Assembly: GCA_044869275.1 (NCBI GenBank)
Contig: JBIOXB010000211.1
Location: forward strand, 1-64,000
Reading direction: 5' to 3'
Source of the DNA: a bacterium
Lineage (GTDB): Bacteria > Zhuqueibacterota > Zhuqueibacteria > Zhuqueibacterales > Zhuqueibacteraceae
Length of the DNA: 64,000 bases
Shown in pieces: positions 39,788-49,433 of the stretch (positions within the stretch are counted from its first letter, which is position 1; each line of letters starts with the position of its first letter). The position numbers and the translations under genes are program-made. The notes under the pieces were generated by a model that was not told where the DNA came from, did not search any database, and worked only from the letters and a program-made list of their open reading frames with translations.

Positions 39788-40660
39788 ATGAACGAAGATC
39801 GTGGAGCGAAAATGCGCGCCGCAGAACCGCCTCAGGAGCTGGTTGATGCCGAAGCCCTGGCACAAGCCGCCGTATTTCTGCGCCGCCAGATGCCGCTTGC
39901 CCCGCGCCTCGCCATCATTTTAGGCTCGGGGCTGGGACCATTTGCCGATCACGTGCGGGAAGGCCTCGTGATTCCAACGGCGGAGATTCCGCACTATCCA
40001 CGCTCCACCGTGGCCGGCCATGCCGGCCGGTGGATTTTTGGCACGATTGCAGGCAAGAGAATCCTCGCCCTGCAAGGCCGGGTGCACATGTATGAAGGCT
40101 ATCCGCCGGCAACGGTTGGATTTCCCGTGCAGCTCATGGCCGAACTGGGCATACAAAAACTGATCGTCACCAACGCTGCGGGCGGGCTGAACATGCATTT
40201 CGCGCCCGGCGATTTGATGCTGATAGACGATCACCTCAACATGATGTTCGCGAATCCTTTGCGCGGCCAGCATCGCAAAGAATGGGGCGAGCGCTGGCCG
40301 GACATGTTCGCGCCCTACACACCCGCGCTACAAGAAATTGCTCTGCAAACGGCGCTGGCGTTGGGTATTCCTTTGCGTCGCGGCGTGCTGTTCGCGGCGA
40401 AGGGCCCGAGCTATGAAACCGCGGCGGAAGTGCAAATGGCGCGGCGCTTGGGTGCGGATGCCGTCACCATGTCCACGGTGCCGGAAGTGATCGTGGCAGT
40501 TTCACGCCGCATGCAGGTGCTGGGCATTTCGTGCATCACCAATCTCGCCACCGGCTTGTCGCAGGGCAAATTGGATCATGAAGAAGTTACGCACACCGCC
40601 AATCGCATCAGTGCAACGTTTACACGCCTGCTGACGGGAATTATCAGACGCATTGCGTAA
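39788..40660 (+). CDS. punA: Purine-nucleoside phosphorylase (trimeric type)
   Basis: IILGSGLG, STVAGHAG, GRVH.YEG, TNAAGG, GPSYET.AE, MSTVPE. Confidence 0.92.
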   Translation: MNEDRGAKMRAAEPPQELVDAEALAQAAVFLRRQMPLAPRLAIILGSGLGPFADHVREGLVIPTAEIPHYPRSTVAGHAGRWIFGTIAGKRILALQGRVHMYEGYPPATVGFPVQLMAELGIQKLIVTNAAGGLNMHFAPGDLMLIDDHLNMMFANPLRGQHRKEWGERWPDMFAPYTPALQEIALQTALALGIPLRRGVLFAAKGPSYETAAEVQMARRLGADAVTMSTVPEVIVAVSRRMQVLGISCITNLATGLSQGKLDHEEVTHTANRISATFTRLLTGIIRRIA

Positions 40661-40755
40661 ATGCACCATGCAGAGCCTTAGCCGCCATCACCGCAAAGGC
40701 CAAACCGGCACCGCAGTAATAATTGGTTAAAAATTTAATCTTTCCTCTCGTGGCT

Positions 40756-41163
40756 ATGCAAAACCCCAGTCGAAAAGCCAAAGGCGGACGCAGCAGCAAG
40801 CGCACACAGTTGCTGGTCGTAGGCGACCGTGTTTTGATCGAGCCGGACGGCGGCGATGAGCGCACCGATGTGGGATTATACTTGCCCAAATGGGTGGTGG
40901 AGAAAGAATCCGTGCAAGGCGGGCGCATCGTGGCCACCGGACCGGGCACACCGCTGCCGGATTTCAAGGAGATGGACGACGAGCCGTGGCGGCCCACGCG
41001 GCGCGAGTCGCGCCACGTGCCCATGCAGGCGCGCAAGGGGGACTATGCGATTTTTCTGCGCAAAGCCGGGGTAGAAATTAGAGTGGATAATAAGAACTAT
41101 CTGGTCGTGCCCCAGGGCGCAATTCTCGTGCTCATGCGCGATCAGGCTCACGACGAGGGGTGA
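40756..41163 (+). CDS. Stand-alone GroES/Cpn10-family protein
   Basis: GDRVLIEP..GLYLP..GRIVATGPG; no groEL adjacent. Confidence 0.75.
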   Translation: MQNPSRKAKGGRSSKRTQLLVVGDRVLIEPDGGDERTDVGLYLPKWVVEKESVQGGRIVATGPGTPLPDFKEMDDEPWRPTRRESRHVPMQARKGDYAIFLRKAGVEIRVDNKNYLVVPQGAILVLMRDQAHDEG

Positions 41164-41259
41164 AAAGACTCCGCAGCGCCAGACAAAACCGGCGTGTAGA
41201 AGCCATACGACAGCCCCTTCCGGCCGGTGGTGCGCCAGCATAATTTTTGGAATCAAAGC

Positions 41260-41288
41260 TTGCATTTTTGAAAATTTCGGTTTATCTT
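41260..41288 (+). promoter_or_regulatory. Sigma-70-like promoter for csp
   Basis: TTGCAT-17 nt-TATCTT. Confidence 0.45.
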
Positions 41289-41449
41289 GCTCCGCAACTT
41301 TGGTACACCGTTTTTGCTCTAAATGCGTTGCCTTCTCTCAACCGGAGAAGATGTAATACTGGATTGTTAAGTTCCGCGAGCCCAAGCCTGCCGGTTTTAA
41401 ATCACGTATGAGATCAGGCCGATGTTGTTGAATGCAGCGAGCGATCCAT

Positions 41450-41590
41450 CCGGTTTACCCGCACGCAATAACGTGGGTAGGATTGTCCCAGATGATCCTG
41501 TTCCAGGTGGGAAATAGGACGGCAAAAGCTGGTTGTACGCAACAACAGTCTCCCGCAGCAGATCTGCCGCGGGATCATTACAACCAATCT
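41450..41590 (+). ncRNA. Structured csp 5' leader or cis-regulatory RNA candidate
   Basis: Several stems: GGTTGTA/TACAACC enclosing TCCCGC.GCAG/CTGC.GCGGGA; TCCTGTTCC/GGAAATAGGA; TACCC..ACG/CGTGGGTA. Confidence 0.5.
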
Positions 41591-41607
41591 TAATGAAAGG
41601 GACGGTT

Positions 41608-41808
41608 ATGGAAACCGGCACCGTGAAGTGGTTCAATGAGGCCAAAGGCTATGGTTTTATTCGTCGAGAATCCGGCGATGACGTGTTCGTGCACTTCAAG
41701 GCCATCGTGGGCGAAGGCTTTCGCACGTTGAACGAAGGCGAACGCGTGCAGTTCGAAGTCGAAAAAGGCCCCAAGGGCTTGCAGGCCGCCAAAGTTAAAC
41801 GGCTGTAA
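41608..41808 (+). CDS. cspA: Cold-shock protein
   Basis: [28 protein letters not shown]. Confidence 0.93.
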   Translation: METGTVKWFNEAKGYGFIRRESGDDVFVHFKAIVGEGFRTLNEGERVQFEVEKGPKGLQAAKVKRL

Positions 41809-41826
41809 TATCACTTCAAGAAAATC

Positions 41827-41863
41827 AAACCCCGCTCGCGGATTTTTTCGAGCGGGGTTTTTT
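41827..41863 (+). terminator. Intrinsic (possibly bidirectional) terminator
   Basis: AAACCCCGCTCG ... CGAGCGGGGTTTTTT. Confidence 0.75.
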
Positions 41864-41878
41864 AATTTAAGCCTTTTG

Positions 41879-41911
41879 AGACCCGCCAGGTTTTAAAAAC
41901 CTGGCGGGTCT
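41879..41911. repeat. Perfect REP-like palindrome
   Basis: AGACCCGCCAGGTTTT-A-AAAACCTGGCGGGTCT. Confidence 0.7.
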
Positions 41912-41917
41912 TAGAGG

Positions 41918-42667
41918 TCAAGTCGCCTGCTCTGTGGGCCGCAGCAGAATTTGATTGATATCGACGTGCGGCGGTTGCGTGAGCGCGAACATCACCGCGG
42001 CCGCCACGTCCGGCGCCTGCATGAAACGCATCGGCGGATGCGCTTTGAAGGCTTCCCATACTTCCGGGTCGGTGATGTGCGAGGCCAGCTCCGTGGCCAC
42101 GGCGCCGGGCATGATGGTGGTCACGCGAATCGGTGTCTTTTCGCGCGCCAGCTCGAAGCGCAGGCCCTCGGAAATCCAATTCACCGCCGCCTTCGTGCCG
42201 CTGTACACCGCCGAGCCGGGAAAGACTTTAAGGCCGGCGTCCGATGAGATGTTGACAATCTCTCCGCTATTCTGCGCGCGCAGTACCGGCAGCGTTGCCG
42301 CGATGCCATGCAACACGCCTTTGATATTGATGTCCACCATGCGCAGCCATTCTTCGATTTTGAGATTCCGCATGAAAGAAAGCAGCATCACGCCGGCGTT
42401 ATTAATGAGAATGTCGCAACGCCCGAATTTTTTGAGCGTCTGCTGCACCGTGGTCTGCCAGTCTTCCGGCCGGGTGACATCCATCTGCGCGATCACCGCT
42501 TCCCCGCCATGGTCGGCGATTTTTTTGTTAAGATTGCCTAGGCGGTCTTTGCGGCGCGCCGCGAGGGTCACTTTCACGCCGGCTTGCGCCAAGGCCCACG
42601 CCGTGGCTTCACCGATGCCGCTGCTCGCACCGGTGACAATGGCGGCTTTGCCTGCAAGGGTGCTCAT
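41918..42667 (-). CDS. SDR-family NAD(P)-dependent oxidoreductase
   Basis: [17 protein letters not shown]. Confidence 0.92.
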   Translation of the reverse strand: MSTLAGKAAIVTGASSGIGEATAWALAQAGVKVTLAARRKDRLGNLNKKIADHGGEAVIAQMDVTRPEDWQTTVQQTLKKFGRCDILINNAGVMLLSFMRNLKIEEWLRMVDINIKGVLHGIAATLPVLRAQNSGEIVNISSDAGLKVFPGSAVYSGTKAAVNWISEGLRFELAREKTPIRVTTIMPGAVATELASHITDPEVWEAFKAHPPMRFMQAPDVAAAVMFALTQPPHVDINQILLRPTEQAT

Positions 42668-42990
42668 CTACAATCTCCTGACAGTGGTTTTTGGGCCGTT
42701 TGGTAACTGCTCACGTGCCTCTGTGAACCACCAAATAAACGAAATACACGAAAAGTCATCGCGAATTTGAAAATAGTCTTTGCCAAATTCAGGCTCTTAT
42801 TCGTGTTTTGTGTGTTTCGCGGGCTGAAAACTTTGAAACCACAATTCTTCATAAACAGAACCATTTTTTTATCCGTTGGAATTTTTTTCTTTGTGAACTC
42901 GTTGGTTTGAATCCCGAGTGAGTCGGGATTCGCTGGACGGCTACCATGCCTGAATGCAAAAGAGTAATGCAAACTTCGGAATGAACTCGC

Positions 42991-43650
42991 ATGCCTCTCT
43001 CTCACGGCAAACTGCAAATCGCGCACACGGTTTATTTTTCCGTTCATGCTCCAGAAGCGGGCGGGCCGTGGCCCATGTTGATCATTTTGCACGGCTTTGG
43101 GCAAGCGGCAGCGGAATTCATCAATGTTTTCTCAGCTTTGCCCGAGCACGGAATTTTGGTAGCGGCCCCACAGGCACCGCATCAATATTACAAAAATTTC
43201 ATCGAGCGCCGCGTCGGTTTTTCGTGGTTGACGCGCTACGAGCGCGATCAATCGATTCAGGACTTTGTGGGCTACATGGAAAAGTTCCACGATCTGCTCA
43301 CCCGTACTTATGCTATCGACCGGCACCGTATTTTTGTGCTGGGATTTTCGCAAGGCGTGTCCATGGCCTATCGCTTGTGGGCGCATGGCCAAATTCCTCT
43401 GGCAGGCCTGATCGCTTGCGGCAGCGATTTGCCGCCGGACGTTGCCGAGCGCCTGCCGGCAATGCCGCCGCTGCCGGTGTTGCTGGTGCATGGCCGGCGC
43501 GATCAGGTCGTGCCGCTGTCCAAGGCGCATGAAGCGCTTGCCCGGCTTTTGGCGCAAGGCATACCCGCCGATTTGTTCGAATTCGAGGGCGAGCATCTCA
43601 TTCCGCCGGAGGCGATGAGGCGCATCGCGCAGATGATGGAGAAGAGATAA
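42991..43650 (+). CDS. Alpha/beta hydrolase (carboxylesterase/phospholipase family)
   Basis: LHGFG, GFSQG, HG..D.VVP, GEH. Confidence 0.85.
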   Translation: MPLSHGKLQIAHTVYFSVHAPEAGGPWPMLIILHGFGQAAAEFINVFSALPEHGILVAAPQAPHQYYKNFIERRVGFSWLTRYERDQSIQDFVGYMEKFHDLLTRTYAIDRHRIFVLGFSQGVSMAYRLWAHGQIPLAGLIACGSDLPPDVAERLPAMPPLPVLLVHGRRDQVVPLSKAHEALARLLAQGIPADLFEFEGEHLIPPEAMRRIAQMMEKR

Positions 43651-43682
43651 AAGCCATTTGCTTTGAAGCTGTCCGGCAGGGT

Positions 43683-44840
43683 TTAGTCGCTCGGCGACTC
43701 GCCAACATAAATTTTCGGCAGCCGCAAGCTGAGCTTCGTCATAATATCGTAAGAAACCGTCCCGCCCCAGGCCGCGAGATCGTGCACAGAAATCACCTCG
43801 CCGTTTTGTTCTCCCAGCACCACGCTCTCATCCCATTGCTGCACCTGCGGAATTTCGGAAACGTCGACCATCATCGCATCCATGGCATTGCCGCCCACCA
43901 CGGGCGCGCGCCGGCCATGTATCAAAACAAAACCGAGGTTGCGCACGCGCGGAAATCCGTCACCGTAACCCAGCGGAATTACCGCGATGGTGCGGGGCGC
44001 AGACGCGGTGTAACGCATACCATACCCCACGTGATCGCCGGCTTGAATGAGGCGCAGCGCGGCCACTCGCGCTTTGACTTGCATGATCGGTGCGAGATCG
44101 GGAAGGCGGCGGCATACTTGGGAGGGATACACTCCGAGCGGTAATATGCCCAGGCGCACCATGTCGAAGTGCGCCCGCGGCAAATCGAGATAGCCGCCGC
44201 TGTTGCAGGCGTGCCGAATCGGGAAGAGAACACCACGTGCTTGTAACTGTGCCAGAACTTCTTGGAAGCGGCGCAGTTGTTCGTTGGCAAAAGTCTTATC
44301 CAGCTCGTCGGACATGGCGAAATGTGTCATGAGTCCGGCGATCCTTAGGCTCGAAAAAGCGCCGATCTTCTCGAGATTTTTAGCGGCCCCGGTCCAACGC
44401 ACGCCGTAGCGGCTCAAGCCGGTATCGATTTCGGTGTGCACCGTCGCTTGCCGGTTTTCTTTGCGCGCCAACTCGTGCAGGCGCGAAGCCTGGTGCTCGT
44501 CATTCACTATGCAGGTGAATTGATGCGACAAGCAATAAGGCAGTTCGTCCGGTGTTCTTTCACCAAATAACAAGATTTCCGAGGTGACGCCAGCCTCGCG
44601 CAACTGCATGGCTTCTGCCACCGTGGCCACCGCCAAACCGGCGGCACCCATGCGCAAATCTTCTTTGGCGATAACGGCCGCGCCATGGCCATAGGCATTG
44701 TCTTTCACCACGCCGCACCAGCGCAATGGCGCAGGCATATCGCGACGAATAATGTCGAGGTTCCGGCGCAGCTTCTGCACGTCAATTTCAACCCATGCCG
44801 GAGCCTGCAGCGGACGCTTGGCGGGAATTGCCTCAGCCAT
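43683..44840 (-). CDS. alr: Alanine racemase
   Basis: VVKDNAYGHG, DTGLSRYG, HACNSG, VGYG, GYGDG. Confidence 0.9.
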   Translation of the reverse strand: MAEAIPAKRPLQAPAWVEIDVQKLRRNLDIIRRDMPAPLRWCGVVKDNAYGHGAAVIAKEDLRMGAAGLAVATVAEAMQLREAGVTSEILLFGERTPDELPYCLSHQFTCIVNDEHQASRLHELARKENRQATVHTEIDTGLSRYGVRWTGAAKNLEKIGAFSSLRIAGLMTHFAMSDELDKTFANEQLRRFQEVLAQLQARGVLFPIRHACNSGGYLDLPRAHFDMVRLGILPLGVYPSQVCRRLPDLAPIMQVKARVAALRLIQAGDHVGYGMRYTASAPRTIAVIPLGYGDGFPRVRNLGFVLIHGRRAPVVGGNAMDAMMVDVSEIPQVQQWDESVVLGEQNGEVISVHDLAAWGGTVSYDIMTKLSLRLPKIYVGESPSD

Positions 44841-46131
44841 AGATGCCGCGCAGCATCAACGTCTGGGCGACGCGATCGATCGCCAGGATGTAGGCCCCAA
44901 TGCGCATATTGACTTTGTATTTTGCCGCGGCGCCGTTGACATCGTTCAGCGCTTCGGTCATGATGCGCGTCAGGCGATTGAATACATCGTCCTTCGGCCA
45001 GAAATAGCCGCCGCGATCCTGCACCCATTCGAAATAGCTCACCGTCACGCCGCCGGCGTTGCACAAAATGTCGGGAATGACGACCACGCCGCGTTCGGCG
45101 AGAATGGGATCAGCTTTGGCCGTCGTCGGGCCGTTTGCGCCCTCGGCAATGATCTTGGCCTTGATGCGGCCGGCATTTCTGCTGTTGATTTGATCTTCCA
45201 AGGCGCAGGGCGCCAACACTTCGCATTCCAATTCCAGCAGTTCTTCGTTGCTGATTCTGTCTCCGCCTTTGAAGCCTTCCAGCACGCCCTTATTCTGGTC
45301 GCGATGGGCAATCGCTAGCGGGATGTCGATGCCGTTGGCATTGTAATAGCCGCCACTGACGTCGTTAATCGCGATGACTTTACAACCCATTTCATGAAAA
45401 AATCTCGAGGCGATGGAGCCCACGTTGCCAAAGCCCTGCACCGCGATGCGCGTTTGCTTCGGCCGCAGGCCCATTTTTTCCATCATCGCACTGGTGGTGA
45501 TCACCACACCTTTCCCCGTGGCCTCGACGCGGCCCTGTGAACCGCCCAGAAAGATGGGCTTGCCCGTGACCACGGCGGTCGTGGTGTGTCGCATGTGCAT
45601 GGAATAGGTGTCCATGATCCAGCCCATGACTTGTTCGTTGGTGTTCACGTCCGGCGCGGGCACGTCGCGCTCCGGTCCGAACACCTCCAGCAAGTTTGCC
45701 GTGTAGCGCCGTGTGATTTTTTCGAGCTCGACTTTGGTGAGCTGCTTGGGGTCGCATCTCACTCCGCCTTTCGCGCCGCCGAAGGGAAGGTTGACCACCG
45801 CGCATTTCCACGTCATCCACGCCGCCAGCGCTTTCATTTCCGCCAGCGTCACCTCCGGAGAATAACGAATACCGCCTTTGGACGGCCCGCGCACGTCGTT
45901 GTGAATCACACGATAGCCTTCAAACACTTCGATACGGCCGTCATCCATTTGTATCGGAATAGCGACAATGATTTGTTTCTGCGGCGTTTTGAGATATTCG
46001 TAAATGCCTTTGTCGAGATTCAAAATGTCGGCGGCTACTTGAAAACGCGCCATCATCGATTCAAAAGGATCGTCGTCGCTGGCTTTGATGGGCGCGGATT
46101 CAACGTACTTAAAAGGTGTTGCAGTCGCCAT
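44833..46131 (-). CDS. gdhA: Glu/Leu/Phe/Val dehydrogenase (glutamate dehydrogenase)
   Basis: GPSKGGIRY, MTWKC, GGAKGG, PAPDVNT, QGFGNVG, EGANGP, VSYFEW. Confidence 0.92.
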   Translation of the reverse strand: MATATPFKYVESAPIKASDDDPFESMMARFQVAADILNLDKGIYEYLKTPQKQIIVAIPIQMDDGRIEVFEGYRVIHNDVRGPSKGGIRYSPEVTLAEMKALAAWMTWKCAVVNLPFGGAKGGVRCDPKQLTKVELEKITRRYTANLLEVFGPERDVPAPDVNTNEQVMGWIMDTYSMHMRHTTTAVVTGKPIFLGGSQGRVEATGKGVVITTSAMMEKMGLRPKQTRIAVQGFGNVGSIASRFFHEMGCKVIAINDVSGGYYNANGIDIPLAIAHRDQNKGVLEGFKGGDRISNEELLELECEVLAPCALEDQINSRNAGRIKAKIIAEGANGPTTAKADPILAERGVVVIPDILCNAGGVTVSYFEWVQDRGGYFWPKDDVFNRLTRIMTEALNDVNGAAAKYKVNMRIGAYILAIDRVAQTLMLRGIYG

Positions 46132-46209
46132 GAAAATCTCCTCCTCGCGCTGAGGGTTGAGTTGCCAAGCAAAATAGACGGGATGAACAGAAAGGGGACT
46201 GGCCCGGAA

Positions 46210-46371
46210 TTATTTCGATTCGAGCGTGCGCGGAGACGGTGATTGTTCCTGCTGCAAGCGGCGGAGCACTTCCTGCACCACTTTGCGAATCAGCGCCGGA
46301 TCCGCGTCCGGCCCCAATTCGCGCAAGGTTTCGCGCACGATGCGCCGCAGCAATTCATCGGTGATTTCCAT
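46210..46371 (-). CDS. Small helical hypothetical protein (53 aa)
   Basis: MEITDELLRRIVRETLRELGPDADPALIRKVVQEVL, amphipathic helices; upstream of gdh. Confidence 0.55.
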   Translation of the reverse strand: MEITDELLRRIVRETLRELGPDADPALIRKVVQEVLRRLQQEQSPSPRTLESK

Positions 46372-46564
46372 ATAAAATAAAGAAGCCGCAGTTCGTGGAC
46401 GCGGCTTCAACGGGAAGAAATATACGAGATTTTGGGATTCGTGCAAGGAATTTCTCTGGTGGCGAAACAAAACGCTTGTATTTCCCGGCCGGCTTGCTTA
46501 AATCCTCGCCAATTTCACCCTTCCAATCTTACGGATCGTTTGTGTTGTGCAAACCGGAGCATGC

Positions 46565-47755
46565 ATGAAACCTGCCGTAGCACGGATGACGGAAACTTTC
46601 ACCGAATCCGTCATCCGCGAGATGACGCGCCTGACGCTGTTGCACGGCGGCATAAACTTGTCGCAGGGCTTTCCCGATTTTCCCGCGCCGGAGGAAGTCA
46701 AAGAAGCAGCGGTCGTGGCGATCCGCGGTGACTTCAATCAATACGCCATTACCTGGGGCGCAGTGCCGCTGCGTGAAGCGATCGCCCGAAAAGCCGGGCG
46801 CTACAATCGCTTGGCGGTCGATCCCGCAAAGCACGTCACGGTTACCTGCGGCTCGACCGAGGCGATGATGGCCACGCTGCTCGCGCTCATCAATCCTGGC
46901 GACGAGGTGATCATCTTCGAGCCTTTTTATGAAAACTATGGGCCGGATACGATTCTCGCGCATGCCACGCCGCGCTTCGTTAAATTGCGCCCGCCACATT
47001 GGGAATTCGATGAGGGCGAATTGCGCGAGGCGTTCAACCATCATACGCGCGCGATCATCATCAATACGCCCAACAATCCTACGGGCAAAGTTTTTTCGCG
47101 TAAGGAATTGCAATTCATCGCGAACCTGTGCCAGGACTGGGAGGTTTTGGCCATCACCGATGAAATTTACGAACACATTTTATACGACGGCGCGAAGCAC
47201 GTCAGCATCGCCAGTCTCGAGGGCATGGCCGAGCGCACGGTGACGATCAATGCGATTTCAAAAACCTATAGTTTAACCGGCTGGCGTGTGGGCTGGGCCA
47301 TTGCCCCGGAAAAGCAAACCAATGCCATCCGCAAAGTACATGATTTTCTCACCGTCGGCGCGGCGGCCCCGCTGCAGGAAGCCGCCGCCGTGGCATTGCG
47401 CTTGCCGGAGAGTTATTATGCGAATTTGGCCGACATGTATCTTGCGAAGCGTAATCGCTTGCGGGATATTCTGCAAGCGGCGGGATTCTCCTGCTGGCAG
47501 CCGCAGGGCGCGTATTATATCATGTGCGACGCCTCAGAGTTGATGCGGCGAACGGGCCATTCCAATGACAATGACTTCGCGCGCTGGATGATTCGTGCCA
47601 TCGGAGTGGCGTCAGTGCCGGGCTCGAGTTTTTATCAAAATCCGGAAGAGGGCAGAACCCAGGTGAGGTTTTGTTTTTGCAAGAAGGAAGAAACGCTGCG
47701 GGAGGCGGAGGAGAGATTAGAAAATTTCAAAGCCCAAAAAACAAATTCCAAATAA
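46565..47755 (+). CDS. Class I/II PLP aminotransferase
   Basis: INLSQGFPDF, NTPNNPTG, DEIY, SKTYSLTGWRVG. Confidence 0.92.
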   Translation: MKPAVARMTETFTESVIREMTRLTLLHGGINLSQGFPDFPAPEEVKEAAVVAIRGDFNQYAITWGAVPLREAIARKAGRYNRLAVDPAKHVTVTCGSTEAMMATLLALINPGDEVIIFEPFYENYGPDTILAHATPRFVKLRPPHWEFDEGELREAFNHHTRAIIINTPNNPTGKVFSRKELQFIANLCQDWEVLAITDEIYEHILYDGAKHVSIASLEGMAERTVTINAISKTYSLTGWRVGWAIAPEKQTNAIRKVHDFLTVGAAAPLQEAAAVALRLPESYYANLADMYLAKRNRLRDILQAAGFSCWQPQGAYYIMCDASELMRRTGHSNDNDFARWMIRAIGVASVPGSSFYQNPEEGRTQVRFCFCKKEETLREAEERLENFKAQKTNSK

Positions 47756-47844
47756 ATTTCAATTAGATTGCATCATTCCAAATTTTTCTTATTTTAGTTA
47801 TAGACAGATCAAGCAAGAATTCTTTTTGATTGAGGAAATCCACT

Positions 47845-48093
47845 ATGGCACGGATTGAGATTGGGCAATATCTGGCGGTAGACACCCGCGTCTGCGGCGG
47901 GCGATTGATCTTCAAGGGAACACGTATTCTGGTCGCGGATGCGTTAGAGTTGATCGAAGCAGGGTATACGCCGGAAGCGACAGCAAAACAGTATCGAGGT
48001 CTAATCACTTCAGAAGCAGTACGCGAAGCCAAATCACTTCTGCTCCGAGGCTTTTTAAAAGAAACGATCAGCAGAGTCAAGGCCGCCGCGTGA
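47845..48093 (+). CDS. DUF433 antitoxin
   Basis: DTRVCGGRLIFKGTRILV. Confidence 0.8.
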   Translation: MARIEIGQYLAVDTRVCGGRLIFKGTRILVADALELIEAGYTPEATAKQYRGLITSEAVREAKSLLLRGFLKETISRVKAAA

Positions 48094-48479
48094 TTCTGCT
48101 GGATCACAACATCCCCGAAGACCAAGCGGAACAGCTTCGGCGATGGCGTATTCGTTTTCGTCAGATTGGTTATGAGGTGGGGCGCCCCGAATGGGATGAT
48201 CAGCAAGAGATTCTTCGCTACTTGCATCAAACCAAGCGCATAACGTTTTTCACACGCGATTTGGGCTTCTTTCATCCCCGCTTTTGCCACTCAAATTATT
48301 GTCTCGTTGTAATCACCAGCCACGTTCTGGAAACTGCTGCAATGATTCGCCGGTTTCTACGCTATCCTGGATTCAAGACACATGCAAAGCGTATCGGAAA
48401 AGTTATAAAGCTTTCGTCAGCGAAAGTTGCGTGGTGGGAAAAGGGGCGCCAGTATCAACAAAACTTGGCTTGGTTGTAA
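48090..48479 (+). CDS. DUF5615-like PIN toxin
   Basis: ILLDHNI..D..I..FFTRDLGF; GTGA overlap with the DUF433 gene. Confidence 0.75.
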   Translation: MILLDHNIPEDQAEQLRRWRIRFRQIGYEVGRPEWDDQQEILRYLHQTKRITFFTRDLGFFHPRFCHSNYCLVVITSHVLETAAMIRRFLRYPGFKTHAKRIGKVIKLSSAKVAWWEKGRQYQQNLAWL

Positions 48480-48506
48480 GAGTAGTCCAGAGTTCGCTTT
48501 GTCCGA

Positions 48507-48860
48507 TTAGACTACTTGATTGAATTCTGACTCCAGTTGCGAATTAAGAGTCACGCATTCGCGAAGTATGACCAGACTCCATCGAAGAAGTTCCTGATCG
48601 CGTGCAGCCTCAGCCACTGGACCATTCGAATTCTTACCTCCGTGAAAGAGATTGTTTCGAACACTTCGGATCAGCCTTATGATGAATTTCTCATCAGATT
48701 CACCAGTCTCTTGTATTGATTCCTTCCAGTCAAGTTGCTGATTCAGGACATATTGCTTCTTTGGTGGCTTATTCTTTAAATCGGTTACGGTCTGCTGAAA
48801 CTCAGAACTACGAATGGTTGCGAATTTTCCCGAATTCAACTTATAATAAACTGTATACAT
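48507..48860 (-). pseudogene. Possibly truncated HEPN-like protein
   Basis: AT-rich; VRNNLFHGGK (RxxxxH); 5' end abuts a repeat-like element. Confidence 0.5.
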
Positions 48861-49030
48861 CCGTGGTTTATTTTTTTGGGTATTCCGTGTGTTTAGTAAA
48901 AAACCTAGCAGATTCTCAGCCTGTCCGGCTTCTGGGATAACCCCATCATCCCATCTCAACAAAAATTGGCGAAGCCCGACTTGCGCGCTACATCGTTCCA
49001 AATTAAGTGTGCAAGTCGGACTTCACAGCG

Positions 49031-49390
49031 CTACCACACCACCTGATCCTTGATATACCGCCGCGTGTTGGCGGGATGGTAATCCTTCTCGATCGGCCGG
49101 AACACTTCACGAAAAAAGGAACGGTCGACCTCGATGCCGTCCACTTTCGGGTCACGGCCGGGAATGATAAAGAGTGCTTGCGGCTTGGCAATGGTGCCCA
49201 GCACTTCGATCTTGTCCAAAAACATCCGGCTGCTGGCGGCATTTTCGTCGATCACCGGTGCCGGCAAGGTATCGGCCCCAACCATCGTCGCCGCTGGAAT
49301 CGTCATTTCTTTCGCGTCTTGCGCGCGGACCAGGCTGGAGCCAGCGCAGACCATTACGAAAATCGCAAATGCAAAAAAGGCCTTTTTCAT
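49031..49390 (-). CDS. Small secreted protein, CglF/GltF-like
   Basis: Signal peptide; IEVLGTIAKPQALFII...RSF resembles the CglF/GltF core (from memory, not searched). Confidence 0.5.
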   Translation of the reverse strand: MKKAFFAFAIFVMVCAGSSLVRAQDAKEMTIPAATMVGADTLPAPVIDENAASSRMFLDKIEVLGTIAKPQALFIIPGRDPKVDGIEVDRSFFREVFRPIEKDYHPANTRRYIKDQVVW

Positions 49391-49433
49391 AAAACCCTCG
49401 TGCGTTTCAGTATGGCTTTTGATCTATTTTCCA

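Noticed and set aside
38105..40660. cdd-udk-tdk-punA cluster as a novel system
   Set aside because: Ordinary nucleoside salvage enzymes with canonical motifs.
41490..41540. c-di-GMP-I riboswitch (GGACGGCAAAAGC)
   Set aside because: No GGCAAAC/GAAA tetraloop P2 arrangement; the resemblance is partial.
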